Below, piece by piece: positions 40,529 through 53,053 of a stretch of 64,000 bases of DNA (within the stretch, counting starts at the first letter, position 1; the number at the start of each line of letters is the position of its first letter). The DNA is taken from the NCBI RefSeq assembly GCF_006345805.1, contig NC_042999.1, positions 65,968,001 to 66,032,000 on the forward strand, in the 5' to 3' direction. The stretch comes from Octopus sinensis (Eukaryota). A program made the position numbers and the translations under genes. Below the pieces are notes generated by a model. It had not been told where the DNA came from. It worked only from the letters and a program-made list of their open reading frames with translations, and searched no databases.

Positions 40529-42912
40529 GGACACAGAAAAAACAAGGAGAGAAAAAAAAGTGTAGAGTGGCTAACGATCTATCATGGCGATCATATGTAT
40601 ATATATATAGAGAGAGAGTGGAGAGAGGAAAAATAAATAGATAAACATATGCGTATGTGTATTGTGTTGATAGCTAGACTTATATGTGTGTATAGATAGA
40701 TAGATGGGTAGGTAGATAGATAGATTTGTTCTCGTTTGTGTATCTAGAGGGGCCATACACGAGTGGCGTATGCGAACAAGGTTACGTATATATTTGAGTT
40801 TTTTGTGTAAGTGACATATGAATATTTTGTTACACAAATGATGGCAGTTTCATACATTTCTTTTACTCAACGTGTAATTAGTCTACTCCTGTGTATAGCT
40901 ATTCACACGTGTGTATACGAATATTCACTTGGATTAATATATGTTTGCTTATGTATGTGTATGCATCTATATAAGAGTGTTTGAACAACTCGTGTTGTAA
41001 AGTTCCAGGAATAGAACTTTATCTCTATGTGATTCGTTACTAAATATATCAACGAATACGCGTGTATTTTTCGTAGTTAAATTTTAAAGATTTATTGTCA
41101 TTGTTTGTAAGTATATTTACGTGAGCCTACACGATGCGTGTTTGTGTGTGTGTGTGTTTGTGTATTAGAAAAGTGGCGTTCTTCGTGTTTTAAACTACAG
41201 GGATTTTCTATTTTCGCTGTTCACTGGTTGAAAATGCAGAGCGGAAAATATGTATCCTAAAGCTAACAACATATGAAATATCTGAAATATATTATTTCCT
41301 TAATATTCTGCTCGCAAATTATATTTATTCTTGGTTCCTATACATATTGGAAATCATTCCTGCGGTAAAACTTTAAGAAAGTCCTTTTTTTAGCTGCTCC
41401 CTCACTGAGATAAACGTCCCCAGTGTAGTGCTCAAGCTATGTGTCCCAAGGGTAACTGAACAACTGACGTCACAAAGATACAGGAATTTTTCTTTCTATT
41501 CATTTTTCATAAATAACTACAAAACCGTTACCGTGGGATGGTTGTCAGTCATGTTTGAGGGTGTTTATTCTCTGAAACTCCACACTGACTCCTTTATTGA
41601 TCATGTTGAATAAAGTATTGCATAGCTTATCCGTAGATATATTTCTTTTGTGTGATTTTTCGTAAAGTGTGATTGGACTACTTTATTAGATGCCTATGAT
41701 TTCTCTCCCACTGTCCTTCTCTGCGCCTCACTTATTATTTCACTTTCCGCATTTCTAACGCGGTCATAAGGCCAACCGTATGACAATAATTGGCGATGGC
41801 TCTGGTTGAAGCATAATGTAATTAAACAACGTGGGCATATACATTCTAAATGAGACTCTACGGGTTTGGATAGCTAGAAATTAAATAAATGCTTCTGACA
41901 TAGGCATAAGACATGACAATTGGTGGCGATAGGTGAGCCAATGACATCCATGCCCGTATTTCGCTGGTACTTTATTTTATTGCGTCCAAAAATGAATCAC
42001 AAAGATGACAAGTACATTTTGAACTCAATACTTAAAAAGACGGAGCAAATGTTCCCAGACAATTTGAAACGTTAAGAATCTTTCTGTTTCTACGTTAAAA
42101 TATATAAAAAAAAGACTATGTAACACTCAAACAGTATTTCTTAGTTTTTATAAATAATATTTTCCACCCGAGGATACTTATTACATAGTTATAGTTACAG
42201 GGTTCTAAAGAGACTTTATTAGGTGTTCGTATTAGCGAATTACTTTTGAATTAACGGTGCTCCAATGACATTGAATGGATGTCAAGCTGACTATATGAAC
42301 GTTCGCTTACTTGAAATGATCTCATTCTTCAGATGCATTAAACAATAGATAAAATGAATATATATAATTAGTGTCCTTGCGTAAAGAGGCAAAAGAAAAG
42401 GTTGTTGAAGTAGGTTATTGTGACAACCTAATTATATTGCAAATACTCAAAAATTTACATCTGTAACGAATTCAGCGAGGAGAGGCGATGTAAATTAAGT
42501 TTGGAAACACAACTCATTAAGCAAAATTGATTAAAAGAATCTAAATGGAAGATATACCAATTACACGCATTGAGAGATAATAGTGTGGCGTACTTAAATA
42601 CCTAATTAGTTACTTAAATGTAACACATAATTTCATGCATTGCTGACGAATAAATTATTCATAAACACAGCGCACATGAAGAATTAGATGTATATCACGT
42701 ATGTGTGTGTGCGCGTGAGTTTGTGTGTGTGTTTGAGAGACTGTGTGTGCAGTATGTTTGTATGTGTGTGTATGTGTAAAATTTATTTTAACGAACGTGA
42801 AGCATATTACACGAAAATGCAATAATTTAGTATGTTATATCTGCATGAAGCTAATGACTCTCTCGGTATTACTTGAAATTACCGATTGAAAATATGCACA
42901 AAAATATGCACA

Positions 42913-43079
42913 TAGGCGCAGCAATGGCTGTGTGGTAAGTAAGTTGCTTACCAACCATATGGTTCTGGTTTCAGTCCCACTGCGAGGCACCTTGGGCAAG
43001 TGTATTCTACTATAGCCTCGGGCCGACCAAAGCCTTGTGACTTGATTTGGTAGACGGAAACTGAAAGAAGCCCGTCGTA

Positions 43080-43126
<47 letters not shown>

Positions 43127-43335
43127 ATATGTTTGTCTGTCTGTGTTTGTCCCCGCAACATCGCTTGACAACCGATGCTGGTATGTTTACGTCCGCATAA
43201 CTTATCGGTTCGGCAAAAGAAAACGATAGAATAAGTACTAGGCTTACAAAGAATAAGTCCTGGGGTCGAATTGCTCGACTAAATGCGGTGCTCTAGCATG
43301 GCCACAGTCAAAGGACTGAAACAAATAAAAGAGTA
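42913..43335 (+). mobile_element. tRNA-derived SINE, family D, full length with internal (TA)n/(TG)n
   Basis: Head AGGCGCAGCAATGGCTGTGTGGTAAG, CORE-like CACCTTGGGCAAGTG, tail GCATGGCCACAGTCAAAGGACTGAAAC; other copies at 15890, 25620, 46250 and 47912. Confidence 0.88.
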
Positions 43336-43377
43336 AAAATGTGCATAAACCAAAAGCTTCGAGTTGTATATGTGTGT

Positions 43378-43685
43378 GAAGGTGCGTGGCTTAGTGACTA
43401 GGGAATTCGTATCATTATTGTAAGGTCATGAGTTCAAGCCCCAGCGATGCGTTGTGTCCTTGAACAAGACACTTTATTTCATATTGCTCCAGTCCTCAAG
43501 TGGCAACAAAGAGTTGTACCTGTATTTCAAAGGGCCGGCCTTCTCGCGCTGAATCTTCCTGAGAGCTACGTTAGGGGGTGCACGTGTCTGTGGATCGCTC
43601 AGTCACTTGCACGTTAATTTCACGAGCAAGCTGTTCCGCTGAATGTATCAGCTGGGACCGCCATCGTCTTACCCGACGGAGTGCT
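43378..43685 (+). mobile_element. SINE family C
   Basis: Aligns along its length with the reverse complement of 35414-35754. Confidence 0.85.
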
Positions 43686-43686
43686 C

Positions 43687-43729
<43 letters not shown>

Positions 43730-43739
43730 TGTATGTGTG

Positions 43740-43770
<31 letters not shown>

Positions 43771-45518
43771 TTGTGTGTGTGTGTCTGTGTCTGTGTGTGT
43801 TTGTATGTATATATTGTTTTCAAATTTTGGCACAAGTCCAGTAATTTCGTGGAAGAGGTGAGTCGAATACATCGACTCCCGTATTCAAATGTTTCTAATT
43901 TTATCGATACCTACATGATGAACCGCAAAGTCGGTTTTTGCAGAGTTTGTATGTATATATTTCTATGTGTTTTTACGTCGTTATATATCAAGCTGATTTG
44001 ACATGAACCTGAAGGATTACCCAATATATTTCAAGAGGTGGAGTATATATTTATTAACACATACTTCGAAAGTTCATCAAAAGATTTGTTATTTACCAGA
44101 CAACCTGATGGAATTGCGAAAGCCGAAACTTCGAAGTCACAATCGAACTTTCGTTTAGTAAAATTAACAGATATTTATGGGAGGAATTGTCTGAGTGTTT
44201 AATTTCTTTCAAACCGATAAGAAAGCAAGTCACAAGAAATAATATAAAATTAATGGTTAATATGTTTATCTTGTATTTTGAAAATGTCTACACAGACATC
44301 ATCTCACGACACCATTTCTTAAATACGACACTTATTTTATGATTTCTTTCGCGGTTTTCGGAAGAAAGTATCCGGTGTGAGTATGTATGAATGCATGCAT
44401 TTATGTATGTATGAAGTACGTTTGGTAGGTAGGAAGGTAGGTAGGTAGGTAGGTAGTAAGTAGGGGGAGATGGAGGGAGGGAGGTATGTGTGTAGGCCTG
44501 TTCTCTCGTTTCAATTTAGAGTTAAGTTTGATCGGTCACGTACTTAGCATCACGATTATGAAGCAGAGTTTCTTCTTTTAACCAGCATCCTTTAAATCGT
44601 AAGAGGTCCATGCCGATTTTTACAGTCTCAGATAACGTGATCATTTGTAGAGTATAAATCAAGGATTTTTGTTCTCTGCCCAATAACTCAAGTTCAGCCT
44701 TGTTTTGCAACTGACGTGTTGGCATATACCGTCATGCTCCAATAATAATATGCATGAAGCTGAAATCGTATCTTGGGTACATATATAAGAATGTGTGTAT
44801 GTACGTATGTATGCATGTATCTCATTACGTATACAAATATTAAGAATAATTATGATGATATTCATTCCTGCCAGTTGCACGTAATTAGACAGATATGAAA
44901 CAGATCCTAGAAATGAAAATAGTATGCAAGTGTTAATTTTAAACTACACCGTGCTTTCTATTATTGATAGCAAAATGATCTGATGGAATACACAAAAAAT
45001 ATAAACAACTAATTTCTGAGGTGGAGACAACTCACACTCAACTGTAACCTTTCGCCTAAACCACATAATTATTGCAGTTATTGCATGTAACCCGAATCGT
45101 CTGCTTATCATTTATCATTTTCTCAATTTAGTTGAGAAATAAAAATCACGGCAAAACGTAATTCATTAGATCAATAATTGATCGAACAAAGTGATACCAA
45201 GAAAAGGTTCGCCAAAACAGTGAGTGGTACCATTTGATATGAGAAGAGAACTGTTAAGATATTCAAGGTTAAAAATCGATGTTTCTGATAATTACTAGAC
45301 TTTTGCAGCTTAATACGATGTTGTCTAGATGACTACAAACATGGATAGTTACGTCTTCAAGGAATAAAGTTTTGTATGTTACTTGTCTTAAAAAAAGCTG
45401 CATTTTATAGTCACTACTATACAAAAAGTACGGCCTACCGATCTGAAATCAGGAGCATACATGATATACAAACGAGTTCCGTCTATGCAGATGTTTCAAG
45501 CATTCGATATGTGTATGT

Positions 45519-45575
<57 letters not shown>

Positions 45576-45576
45576 T

Positions 45577-45787
45577 TACTTAGGGAATAAATCCAAATTT
45601 ACAGGGAAAAAATCAGATTTAGGATTAAATCGTTGACACTGAATTATTGGAAGTCCACCTGAAGATTGTCGATCAAGACAAGAAACGATTGTAGTGGCGG
45701 TTTTTTACTATTTATTAAAATTTATGTATTGATTAAGTCTTTCCTTGTTTGTTTTGCAAAATAGTGGTTTTGTCTCGAATAATATTT

Positions 45788-45790
<3 letters not shown>
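45577..45790 (+). mobile_element. Short Penelope-like pLTR/retrozyme-type repeat in a (TA)n array
   Basis: Both ends are shared with 33848-34115, in a rearranged orientation; contains a hammerhead motif; (TA)n on both sides. Confidence 0.65.
45655..45697 (+). ncRNA. Minimal type I hammerhead ribozyme
   Basis: CCAC-CUGAAGA-UUGUC(GAUCAA)GACAA-GAAAC(GAUU)GUA-GUGG: complete core, stem I 4 bp, stem II 5 bp, 2-bp stem III. Confidence 0.7.
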
Positions 45791-45867
<77 letters not shown>

Positions 45868-45892
45868 TATATATATGTGTGTGTGTGTGTGT

Positions 45893-46208
45893 GGAGGCGC
45901 AATGGTCCAGTGGTTAGAGCAGCGGATCCGCGGTCGTAGGATCGCGGTTTCGAATCCCAGACTCCCAGACTGGGCGTTTTGAGTGTTTTTGGAGCGAATA
46001 CACCTAAAGCTCCACGAGGCTCCGGCAGAAGGGGGGGGCACGATCCCTGCTGTACTCTTTCGCAACAACTTTCTCTCACTCTTTCTTCTGTTGGCCTACT
46101 CGCTTAGCTAGCGGGGTGGTGTCATTTGAAGGCTAAACAAAGCGAAGCGCATTGTGACCAGCGATGTGTAGCAACATCTGATAGCCTGGTCGGTCACGGT
46201 GATCACGG

Positions 46209-46209
<1 letters not shown>
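45893..46209 (+). mobile_element. tRNA-derived SINE, family E
   Basis: A box TGGTCCAGTGGTTAGAG, B box GTTTCGAATCCC; tail (TCACGGT)x2 running into (TA)n; second copy at 20012. Confidence 0.85.
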
Positions 46210-46248
<39 letters not shown>

Positions 46249-46249
46249 G

Positions 46250-46362
46250 AGTGGCTGTATGGTAAGAAGCTGCTTCCCAACCCTTACTTAGGTAAGTCGC
46301 TTCTACTGTAGCCTCGGGTCGACCAAACACTTAGAGTGGATTTGGAAACTAAAGAACCCGTC

Positions 46363-46414
<52 letters not shown>

Positions 46415-46625
46415 GTGTATGGATGGATTTGTGTGTCTGTGCCTCTCCCTTCACCATGGATTGACAACTGATGTCGGTGTGTTTACGTCACCGTAACACA
46501 GCGGTCCGGCAAAAGAGACCGATATGAGTACTAGTCTTACAAAGAATAAGTCCTCGTTTCGATGTGTTCGACTAAAGGCGGTACTCCAGCATGGCGGCAG
46601 TCAAATGACTGAAACAATTAAAAGA
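46250..46625 (+). mobile_element. SINE family D (with deletions)
   Basis: Matches the 42913 copy in head, internal microsatellite and tail. Confidence 0.8.
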
Positions 46626-47010
46626 AAAAAGATATGAGTGTATGTATATATAAGTGTATATATATTTATACATACATACATACATGCATACATATACCGT
46701 TTTAAAAGTGACACAAGACATTAAAAAATTGAAGGGAAGAGGAAAATGCTGCATTACATAAGGCGTTATCGATATCAACATGCCGAGGAACTGGAAAAGA
46801 GCATGAGATAGCGCTTATCTGAGTATCCTTTGACTACTCACTTTCAATCAGTTCAGAGCTGTGGGATATATGATATAGTGATAGACCTGAATATTGCCAT
46901 ATATTATATCATATCATCCAATATGCACACACATGTGAAAATAGCCATAAACATTTTATTATTATGGTTCTTGTTATTGTTATTATTACTACAAATATTA
47001 CAATATTTAA

Positions 47011-47041
<31 letters not shown>

Positions 47042-47588
47042 GTTATCATCACGATTATTATTATGATCATCTCACCTATCATCGTGATCACCGCCAATAT
47101 TGCAAGCGGTAACATCATTTTGTTTTTAAATCTACATGAATTAATACATTTGCGGAGAGAAAACCATCAAAGCATAACAACAACAAAAACAACAACAACT
47201 ATTGCAGCAAAGCCCACCCACCACCACCGATACCAACCCCGTTGCCAAAAAACAACAAAAACAACAGAAGTAGCAGCAGCAGGAGCAATCTCCATGATTC
47301 CGGTAACTATAACTAGAAGAGAAGACAACCAAAGAAGAACTCAATTCGAAATACACACACGCGGCACTACACACGAACATATATACACGCATATATATAG
47401 CAAGAGAGATAAAGGTAAATATATATATATATATGCACACTCACTCATACACACACACGCACACATACACACACTCACACATACATACTTACTCTCTCTC
47501 ACACACACGCACACATTCACACAATCACACGCGACAATACACATGAACACGCATATATATAGCAAGAGAGATAAAGCTATATATATAT

Positions 47589-47688
47589 NNNNNNNNNNNN
47601 NNNNNNNNNNNNNNNNNNNNNNNNNNNNNNNNNNNNNNNNNNNNNNNNNNNNNNNNNNNNNNNNNNNNNNNNNNNNNNNNNNNNNNNN
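47589..47688. other. Assembly gap (100 N)
   Basis: Seen directly; lies within (TA)n. Confidence 1.
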
Positions 47689-47832
47689 ATATATACTATA
47701 TAATATACATATATATATCATATGTATATATATATATATATAGTATACATATATATACATATATACATATTATATATATACATATATATACATATATATA
47801 TACATATATATTAATATACATATATATATATA

Positions 47833-47877
<45 letters not shown>

Positions 47878-47911
47878 TATATATATATATTGTGTTCTTT
47901 TATTATTATAC

Positions 47912-48262
47912 TTGTTTCAGTCGTTTAACTGCAGCCATGCTGGAGCACCACGTTTAGTCGAAAAAATCTAACGCAGGACTTATTTTATCGGTGTCCTTTT
48001 GCCGAAACGCTATTTTACGAGGATGTAAAGATACAACATAGGTGTCAAGCGACGGTGTGGAGAACAAACACAGACACACATATCCATCCATCCATATATA
48101 TATATATACGACAAGCTTTTTTCAGTTTCCGTCTACCAAATCTAGTAACAAGGCTTTCGTCGGCCCGAGGCTATAGTAGAAGATGTTTGTCCAAGATGCC
48201 ACGCAGTGAGACTAAACCTGGAACCATGTCATTGTTAAGCAAGCTCCTTACCACACAGCCAC
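47912..48262 (-). mobile_element. SINE family D
   Basis: Reverse complement of family D (TGTTTCAGTC...CTTACCACACAGCCACT). Confidence 0.82.
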
Positions 48263-48276
48263 TATATATATATATA

Positions 48277-48308
<32 letters not shown>

Positions 48309-48619
48309 TAGTGAGAGACAGAGACATATAAAGTTGAAAATTGCACCAGAGACGAAAGACAGAGATACATGAGTGAATGACAAACATGTGTGTATTTGTG
48401 TGACGCTCTGGAATAATCTAAGGGCCTTCGACGTTTCGTGCCTACTCTCTTCTAGTGAAAGGAATGAGGAGAAAAAAATTGGGGAGAGAGGAAAAATGTT
48501 GGATAGAAAAATATGTCTATGTTTTTATGCATGTATGTATGTATATGCATGTTTACATGTATATTTTATGTTTATATATCCTCATGTTTATACACATGTG
48601 AGAAACATTGGCTCATTTT

Positions 48620-48890
48620 AAAATGTCAGTGTCTCTAGTCTGACAATTGAGTTCGGCTTATAGTGACATGCTCGGTCCAGCCATTTCCATCTCCTTCCTT
48701 CAATCGTTTCTCTTATTGGTTACACGTGTGCAGTTGGCTTTTCGAGGTCATATTCTTCACCTAGTGGGCCTTCAATATTTTTCGCAAACATTTATTTTGA
48801 AACAACTCCAGATTCTTTTCAGTAGATTTGGTTGTTTTCCAATATTCGGGTCTTTCGAGGAACATGCTAAGCATGTTGGGTTTGTAAAAT
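48620..48890 (-). pseudogene. RTE-clade LINE fragment (post-RT region)
   Basis: Reads YWKTTKSTEKNLELFQNKCLRKILKAH*...IEGRRWKWL, matching the RTE ETW...FQ..CLR.IL...RRW.WLGH motif. Confidence 0.75.
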
Positions 48891-49406
48891 CGTACACACA
48901 CACATATATATATATATATATACTTTATACATACATACACACATATATAGATAGATATATAAATGCGTAAACGTATGATCATAATAAGATAAACGCATAT
49001 AAGTTTATATATATATATATTTATATATATATATATGAATAAATATGCATGTGGATCTGAGCATGTATGCCCATATACAGGCATATATGGATTATATGAT
49101 ATATTTATATTCATGTACCTATATATGAGTGTGTGTTTTGTTCATACAAAGCTCATTCGCAGTCATTGGTTACCTAATGTCACCATACAGGGGAAATATC
49201 CTGCTACGGGATATGCATCAGATATCACCTAGTATCCGTACAGTTTCTATAAATAGATAAATGAAAGTCAATGGAATGAAGGGCATTCGTTATGTACTCA
49301 GTTTTGTCTATACGCTGTTTAAAATTGCACATCACTTTGTGTATGCATTATCACAATGAGTGAAGTGACAATGAGTCTTTCCTCTATCTATTCATTTATC
49401 TATCTA

Positions 49407-49449
<43 letters not shown>

Positions 49450-52029
49450 ATATATATCTATATATTATGTTCTATCTATCTATCTATTTATCTATCAATA
49501 TAGTTCTATCTATCTATCTATCAATATAGTTCTATCTATCTATCTATCTCTATATAAGTCCAACAAAATTTTGATTCAGATGAATATGGTACTTAAGTTA
49601 AAGGCACCAGAATTATGTATGGTATTATCCATATATTTTAAAACTGATGTAATACTTACAATGTTTAATAAAATGAAGTAGTGTGAAACAATTGTACTAC
49701 TCTACCTTGGATATACTTGTTGCTTATTTTGATTATATATATATGTGTTTGTGTGTGTGTGTGTATACATATATAACGGTGACATGATTAACAACCTTGC
49801 AATCGTCTCGATCTTCTCAGTGGAGAGGGTTTTTGTTTATAGAACAGACTGTACGTGAATTTAAAAAAACACATTTACCTTGAAATTTATATTAAATGTA
49901 ATGCTGGATTGTTCTCGTTCCTTTCTTCTATTTTTCTAATTATTTCATACACGTCTCCAAACAAACTTCCTTTAAGTTTCCCTAAATTGATTTTGTCGAA
50001 CTGTGACAGTCGCCAGCTTCATTCTTATCTTTAATTCTACTTTTGTTATAGCGAATTTCTTGCATATGAATTGTATTTACGCATTCCAATAAATACTTAC
50101 ACGGCGATTAAAAAATACTGAGGAAGAAAAAATGCATGTAAGTCTATGTATTCCTTTTAAAAATAGCTTTATCTCTCACATATCTTTCTCGTACATATAT
50201 AGAATTTGTGTCTGAATATCTCTTTGGAATTACTAGATTTTCCTATAAGTTTTTTTATTCTGTATCCATTGTCACTTAAAGACTCAACCAAGAAGATTTA
50301 GATCTTAAATCATTAATACAAAAGAATATAAATCCGAATTACTAGAAACTTCTGTAGGAGACTGGAAATTATTTTTCTTAACTGAATCTAATATACGCAC
50401 GAGGATGCCAGAGATTTTTATGGAAGAATATCTATATTGAGAGAATTACAATCAAGTCGGTTAATGGAGGAATTAATGTTGTAAGTGAATTAAATAGTTC
50501 AGACTATGAAACGGAAATGCGGAAGCTTTATATTACGATGAAATTAGAAAGTTGGGGTGGTCTCCTCGTTATGGTTGCAGTAAAATCTGTCACGATTATA
50601 TATCCCAATTCAGCAAAATCGTTTTTACGCAGTATACAATTAATTCGGTGAATATATACTTGGTGAAATTTTTATGAGACAGCAATGATTAGAGAGAAAT
50701 GGTTATTGATTTGTTGCAACGGGTAATCTAAATGTGTCTAGTTTCGCGAAAACATTTACATACGTCCTTTATCACATACATATAAATAAATATTTCGTAT
50801 TTTATTAATATTTATTTTATAATTCTCGAAGGATGAATTGTCAAAAAATATATGAAACAGGAATAGCCATTTTGCATCATCTTGTGTTAATTTCTGATGT
50901 CAAGTTTCGATTTGACGCCAAGATCGATTTCGAAATCACTCCATTCAGAGTTCCTAATAAAAATTGATATTGATACAATGGGGAATATATTTTCCCATAT
51001 TCAGACTAGCATCTCTTGTCGTTGGAAGAATATTATTTTTTGAAAACATTCAAAACACTGATATCCAAATATGTGAAATATTTTCGTTTAGACTGCCCCC
51101 TTCCCCATTTTTTGTTTCATAAATTGATTATAACATTCATTGTTGCTTAATTCAGTCATATTTGATGGAATTTAAGGCAAGACTGAACGTTTGAGGAGAT
51201 CATTTGGTAATTATGTGGTTTTCAGTTCAATGCCACTGCCCAGCATGTTGGACGAGAATTTCCTACTCGAGTCCCGATCGACCAATTTCTGTGAGTGGAT
51301 TTGGTTGACGGAAATTTTGCGGAAGCCTCTGGCATATATACTTGCGTGGATGCTATATCGAGATATATACTTAACTGCAAAGTCGCTAGAAACTTCTACA
51401 AGTGATACCATCACTTCGGTAAGTAGCGAGAAATCTACCATTCAACTTTTAACTCGAAATAGAATAACATTAATCGTTATTAAACATCAAACATATCTTT
51501 TCCTCGACCGTCACAATAGTTTAGTTGACTTGTGATTATTAACTACAGGTAAATGTGAGCACAACCGAAACGTAAGATAACATATGAGGTAGATTTTAGC
51601 TGAGTAAACATATAACATGACTTACTTGCATCAGCAACACGTTGTTGCTGATGGTTTGTTTATCTTTAACGGAGAATCTGATAAAACAGTTAAATTCTTA
51701 TCATCAAAGATAAAATAAGCGTTCTTTCATTTCAGTTAAAATAACATATCTCACAAATGTAAATCTAATTTGTGATATGAATGCCATTATGTTTGTTAAA
51801 TAAACATCAAACATATACAACAAACACCAAATAAATAATGTAAATGTCAAATATTAATTGAATATATATTATCAAAGGAACAATTAGAATGTTTGAAATC
51901 GTGATTGTTCGAAATATATTTCAATTACTAAGTCGAATCTTCGCTGTATGTCTGATTTCTGTTATACGTCTTAATTTTTATGTCTGTTTTTATAATTACA
52001 TGCATACACACATACATGCATACATACAT

Positions 52030-52828
52030 TTGGGACACTTGATTGGTCTGTAGAAGAAATCCACGCCATAGATATCAAAATTAGCAAACTCCTGACAACA
52101 GCTGGGAAATTCCACAGAAACAGTGATTTGACAGGCTCTGCCTAAGAAGGAATGAAGGTGTTAGAGGTCTGAGATAAGTGCAGACGACCTTCCAATGCTG
52201 TATGATATCACTCAGGCAGCATCTGCTAAACAACAGTAGTAAAAATAAATATCTAAATGCAGTGCTGAAAATTGAAGTGAGCAACCGTGTACTAGTTTGC
52301 AGTGAAGTCCTCAAGAAATATTCTCTTCCTGATGATCTCCTATACAACCACAAAACAGATGGACTCTCTTATGGTTGGAAAGCACTGAGCACATAAAAAA
52401 AGAAAGACTATGCAGGGGTAGGTTGCCAGGAAGTTTAAAGAAGACAGTAGAACTGACACGAAGTGCAGCCTCTCTTTGAGATAAGACCAATACATCATAT
52501 CACTAATGGAAGGCTATGCTTTTGTCCTATGCGGCATGATGTTGTCGTTAAAATTATTTATAATGCAATCCGCAAAAAAGACTGTCTTGAAATAAAGTTA
52601 GAAAAATCCCTCTATTATTGAATACATTCATAAATAACAACTCAAGGGAAACTGGTGGTATATTCCCATCAAAACGTATGTCAAATATAGACATAACAAG
52701 CCAGATATTGTTGTTTGAGACAGAGGGACAAAACTATGCACCATCATACAAGCCAGCTGCCCTGCGGATATCAATATTTCTAAGAAAAAGAGGATACCTA
52801 TGGAGAATTGTTTCGAAACCTGCAGGTT
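52030..52828 (+). pseudogene. RLE-type (R4/Dong-like) retrotransposon remnant
   Basis: Reads GTLDWSVEEIHAIDIKISKLLTTAGKFHRNSD...[45 protein letters not shown] across frameshifts. Confidence 0.75.
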
Positions 52829-52995
52829 CTTATATATATATATATATTATATATATATGTGTGTGTGTGTGGTGTGTGTGTGTGGTATATATATATACAT
52901 ATATACTACATATATACATATATATATGTATATATATATATATATATATACATACATATATATATACATATAAATACATATACATACACACAGGA

Positions 52996-53053
<58 letters not shown>

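Noticed and set aside
44105-44138. CTGATGG...GAAAC TTCGAA GTC hammerhead-like string with a palindromic stem III
   Set aside because: The core has G at A9, stem II is only 2 bp and the flanks cannot form stem I.
46964-47743. 259-aa ORF and nearby short direct repeat (47377-47430 vs 47545-47588)
   Set aside because: Low-complexity sequence running through the N gap; the repeat abuts the gap and may be an assembly effect.
51629-51653. Perfect 11-bp hairpin CATCAGCAACA/TGTTGCTGATG
   Set aside because: Isolated, with no second copy or associated termini; compatible with chance or a decayed element.
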